A stretch of DNA of 64,000 bases from the NCBI GenBank assembly GCA_051294375.1, contig CM119263.1, positions 8,195,992 to 8,259,991 on the forward strand, in the 5' to 3' direction. This DNA is from Paraspadella gotoi. Lineage: Eukaryota > Animalia > Chaetognatha. The translations under genes were made by a program, and so were the position numbers. Shown piece after piece: positions 59,574 to 64,000 of the stretch. The notes under the pieces are model-generated. The model worked only from the letters and a program-made list of their open reading frames with translations, was not told the origin of the DNA and ran no database searches. Each line of letters begins with the position of its first letter. Positions within the stretch are counted from its first letter, which is position 1.

Positions 59574-62500
59574 TGTTCGTGGCGACAAGTTGTAGAGGGT
59601 AGAAGGGAGAGAGGTAGTAGGTCTTAGGAGCAAGAGTGATATAGAGTGGTCGCGTGGGGTGAAAAGCAGATGGAAAAAAATTCAAGTTGTGAGAAAAAAA
59701 CCGCGAGGGAAAAAAAAAGGAAGCAAACTCCACGCGTGGAGACGACTGTAGACGAGGTGTCTCGACTCGAAAATAAATAGTTACCTTTTCTCCACTTTTC
59801 TCCATCTGTTGATTAAAGAAGCACCACGGGTGAAAAAAAAAAAACGAAGAAAAAAAAAATTATTGTAAACCTCGTTTTGTTTTAACTTATATACGATTTG
59901 AAGTTGAGGAAATATTTAAAATCTCGGCAGTAGGTGTGGGTTTGAAGTCGTCATGTAATAACCGACGAAATTGCCTCCTGGCAACAAACAAATTCCTAGA
60001 AACCTCAAAGAGTTGCCCTTACACAGCGAGTAACACGCGCCCCCCCCTCCCGACCCTACCCCCCGCCCCTTACCCCCAACTTCCCCGCCCATAAAAAAAG
60101 ACTAAATTCGGGATACAACGGAGATACCCGGAAACTCCACCCGCCGAGATTTTTTATTGATTAGCGGACCGAGATTTTCGCACAGTCGCCAGACGAGATC
60201 ATGACCGCAAGCATAAACCTCCATTTTTCTCATGCCGACTTGGGAAGCGAAGAGAGAGAGAGAGAGAGACGAGAAGAGGATCGAAGAGAGAGAAGAGAGA
60301 GAGGCGATTCACACGTCTTGATTGAAGCCTTCCGGACGTATTACGGAGACGCGGATTAGTGAAGGGAGGGTTGGTTTGGCGGTCGAACCGAAGTAGTTGG
60401 AGAATCACGCACTTGAGTGAGGGCCGTGTCACGGAAATTCTCAGGTTTGTCTTCCACAGTTTGGTTTCGATGATTTGCGATGAGATCTGCTTTACTCTCC
60501 TTCGAGTTTGTCGAATTTGTCTTCACTATTGAATATTCATTGATTGGTGAATGTATTTGGGTTTAACACTTCCCCTCACATACATTCGCCTCGTATACAT
60601 TTAGGCCAAATTAGAATCGAAGGCCAAAGAAGACACGAAAGCCAAAAGACAGGGTAGCCGAGACAAAAGGGCCCAAGAAGAGGTTACAAGAGAGGCTAAG
60701 ACCAAACAGAGGCTAAAGTTTTTTTCAAACTTTAAAAAAAAAAGGGGCTATTAAATATAAAACAAATTAGTGAGACTCCACGCGTCTCCATCTAACTGCG
60801 TTCCAGATTTTTTTAGAATTCAAACACCACCTCCCCGTCCCTTCTCGCCACCTTATTCCCCGTCAGGCTTTTGAAGTGATCAGAGAGTTTGTAATGCTCG
60901 TGGAGATCTGAAACGAACGCCTATGGGTTTCATGATGTTATGGAAAAACATGGAGACAGCGTTTGTTCGACTGAGGAACCGAGAAGTCGAGGTTAAAAAA
61001 TAAACCGAGTCGGGGAAAGTTAAGGCTTAAAAGTGATGGGNNNNNNNNNNNNNNNNNNNNNNNNNNNNNNNNNNNNNNNNNNNNNNNNNNNNNNNNNNNN
61101 NNNNNNNNNNNNNNNNNNNNNNNNNNNNNNNNNNNNNNNNNNNNNNNNNNNNNNNNNNNNNNNNNNNNNNNNNNNNNNNNNNNNNNNNNNNNNNNNNNNN
61201 NNNNNNNNNNNNNNNNNNNNNNNNNNNNNNNNNNNNNNNNNNNNNNNNNNNNNNNNNNNNNNNNNNNNNNNNNNNNNNNNNNNNNNNNNNNNNNNNNNNN
61301 NNNNNNNNNNNNNNNNNNNNNNNNNNNNNNNNNNNNNNNNNNNNNNNNNNNNNNNNNNNNNNNNNNNNNNNNNNNNNNNNNNNNNNNNNNNNNNNNNNNN
61401 NNNNNNNNNNNNNNNNNNNNNNNNNNNNNNNNNNNNNNNNNNNNNNNNNNNNNNNNNNNNNNNNNNNNNNNNGAAAAGGGCGTTGAGAATGGGAAGGAAA
61501 GGGGAAAAGGAAAAGATAGGGGGGAGGCAGGAAATAAAAGGGGAGGAAGGAGGAAAGGAGACGAGAAAGGTGATAAAGGTGAGGAAAAGGAGGAGATATT
61601 CGGTGGAGGAAGATGGAGGAAGGGATGGAGAAAGGAAAGGAGAATGAAGATAAGAAAGATGGAAAGATCATGAGTGAAAATTATTGGAGGAAGCGACGAG
61701 AGAAGGAGATGAGTAGAAAAAAAAAGAGAGAGGAAGCGAGTAAGAAGCTGAGACGCGGTTCGGCCATTTTAAACGCGTGAGGAAATAGTTTTCAAATCTC
61801 GCCGAACTCCCCCTCGGCGCGAAAGGGACTACCGCAGTACCGCCCCCTGCAGCGAGAAACGAGATGTTTTGTGTACTCGTGATACAAAGCCTGGCGCCTG
61901 GCCATTCCCTTTCCCCGAACCTACTCCCCGCAATCCCTTCCTCCTCCCGCCCGCCCGCGGGGGACCCGTCCCCCCCCTTTTCGTCCGCCCAACTTCCCCA
62001 GAGTGATAACAGCGCGGGGAAACGGAGGCGCGAGGTGGCCAAGTTGAAATTCCTCCCGAATTTTCCCGCCGTAAATTTTTTTTTTTTTTTTTTTTTTTTC
62101 AAAATTTCCCGCCGCTCGGAATTCGTGATTCCGAGTTTTAACGTTCGACGAAACGGGGCGATGCATCTCTCCCTCTTGTCAAAAACCCAACGCCTTCGCG
62201 GACTGTAAATCGCGACGGCCGTAATTTTAGAACCGCGGATTCGATTCCGTTTTAGTAAACAAGTTCATGAGAAGGAAAATAAAAAAAAAATAAAAAAAAA
62301 AAAACTCGAGCCAGAATTCCCGCCTGGAGATGATTGGGTAGAGGGCGAGGGATGGGGCTTGAATGGGGAATGGAGGGGGGCGTGCCTCCCTTTCAAACTG
62401 ATGGGGTTTTGCAAAACGAAATACAGTTTCGCTCGCGACCTCTCCCTCGGGGCTTTCGCTCCGTCCCGTTTTGTTTACGTTTCTCTAAATAAAAACAAAG

Positions 62501-63106
62501 GCTTTTTTTTGCATTCGAATGAAGGTTTTTAAATGTCCCAATCGGTCTGTCAGAGTATACTAGTTTAAAGAAGCGATGTAAATCAAAATTTAGCTATTTT
62601 TTTCCGTTTCCATACAACAAACTGTTATTAAAGAAGCTATGTAAATCAGAAGTTAGCTATTTTTTTCCCCGTTTCCATACAACAAACTGTTATTAAACGA
62701 TAGTACGTCTTCACATAATTTTTTTTTAAAGGATTGCGCAATACAACAAACAGATCATTCAACCGGATCCACGAAAGTTACTCCCGTTAATGTCTCGTTA
62801 ATGTAAAAATGCGGGGCATGATTACGTTTTAATGCGAAAAGAACACATCATTCGAAGATAACATGAATATCGTTAGAAGGAACGATACAATGGCTCACGT
62901 CAGCCAATGAGCGATCGACTCGTCACGGACCGGCGTTTTCGCTTCGTTGATTTGACGGTCTTTCATACTTTCCTCCGAACTCGGGATTGGTTGCTCGAAA
63001 AAAAGCTTTAAGCTCCTTCGCGATTGGCCGACGTCCACTCGGCTAACATTTCCGATTGGCTACCAGCTTTCGTTCCCGATTCATTCGCGTCGTTAACGCC
63101 GCTCGT
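59574..63106 (+). repeat. Tandem duplication, copy B (partner 55744-59559)
   Basis: Collinear with copy A. Its 432-N gap (61041-61472) corresponds to ~426 bp of called sequence in copy A (57480-57905). Confidence 0.96.
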
Positions 63107-63370
63107 TTCCGATTGGTTTACGTCAATCAGAGCCGCGAAACGGCGACGTCATAAGCTCGCATTCTCACGGAGGAAGAAAAAAAAATGACGCCGCTTTCGC
63201 AGCCAGGGTGACGCGCATGAATGCTGATTGGTCGGCAGGCGCCGCATAGGAAACGCGAGGATTGGACCACTAGGGAGGACAACGCGAGCGGATTGGCTCG
63301 TCGTCTTCGACGAATGAAAACGCGGTCGTGCGCGAAGGAGGCCACGTGTTCTCCTGCGCGTAACACGTGA
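62895..63370. promoter_or_regulatory. CpG-rich promoter-like region with a dense CCAAT-box (NF-Y-type) cluster
   Basis: CCAAT at 62904 and ATTGG at 62986, 63023, 63055, 63112, 63227, 63261 and 63292 (all seven ATTGG are GATTGG). Also ACGTCA sites, E2F-like GCCGCGAAA (63132) and two CACGTG (63343, 63364). No transcript evidence. Confidence 0.55.
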
Positions 63371-64000
63371 TTTTCCTAGGAAACGAGGGCAAAGGAGATG
63401 GAAGAGGGAGGAAGGCCTCGAAAGAACGGAGGGGAAAGGAGGAAGAATATTGGAAAAGGAGAAGACAAATTTTAAATGAAACTCAAAAAAATGTTATAAA
63501 CCAGACTAAATTGATAAAGAAAAGAAAATAAAAAGAAGAAACGAAAGAAAAAACGGGCAGATAAGGAGACGAAAAAATTCAAAATTAAAAAAAAAAAAAG
63601 CAGAGAAAAAACAGAACGAAATCCTTTCAAAAAGTAAAAGAAAAAAAAGTTAAAAGAATATAAGTAACGACGTTGATAAGAAAAGAAAATTAAACGAAGA
63701 TAACATAAAACGAAAATACAAACAAAAAAAACAGAGAAAGATTTTTTTCTTCTCAAAGAAATGAGAGGGAAAAAAATTAAAAAAAGGGAAAACATAAAAT
63801 GAACCGGAAGCAGAAAAAAAAAGAGAGTAGAAGCCGCAGGAAACGACATAAAGCGAAGGATTTCCCTTCCTCCCCTTTTTTCTTTCCTCCCTTCTTTTCT
63901 TTCCTCCCTTTCCCCAATTGCCCTTCCCCTCCGTTTCATTTCTTTCTTCTCGGAACCCCCGGACTTCCTCCCCCACCCCCCCCCGCTGTTTTTACCTTCT

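Overview
This is a non-coding, microsatellite-saturated window from a eukaryotic (animal-like, CpG not visibly depleted) draft assembly. It carries abundant (GA/CT)n, (GAC)n, (GGA)n and pentamer tracts and 20 N-gaps. I find no supportable host protein-coding gene, rRNA, intact tRNA or CRISPR array; almost all ORFs in the track are translations of simple repeats or N runs. Roughly half of the window is redundant sequence: three short direct duplications, a 6.5-8.3 kb tandem duplication (23289-31629 / 31655-38150), a 7.6 kb palindrome (39170-46740), a 3.8 kb tandem duplication (55744-59559 / 59574-63106) and a very noisy inverted copy at about 1400-2960. Most of these abut gaps of exactly 25 N and differ mainly by scattered 1-bp indels, which points to long-read gap-filling artefacts, in part probably two haplotypes. 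Biological signals I can support are a frameshifted Gag-like ORF1 fragment of a non-LTR retrotransposon (27808-29140, minus strand), a tRNA-derived SINE, a degenerate ~410 bp AT-rich fold-back/MITE-like palindrome (49094-49502), several minisatellites, and a dense CCAAT-box cluster near 62900-63370 that looks like a promoter. I do not see convincing evidence for a novel biological system.
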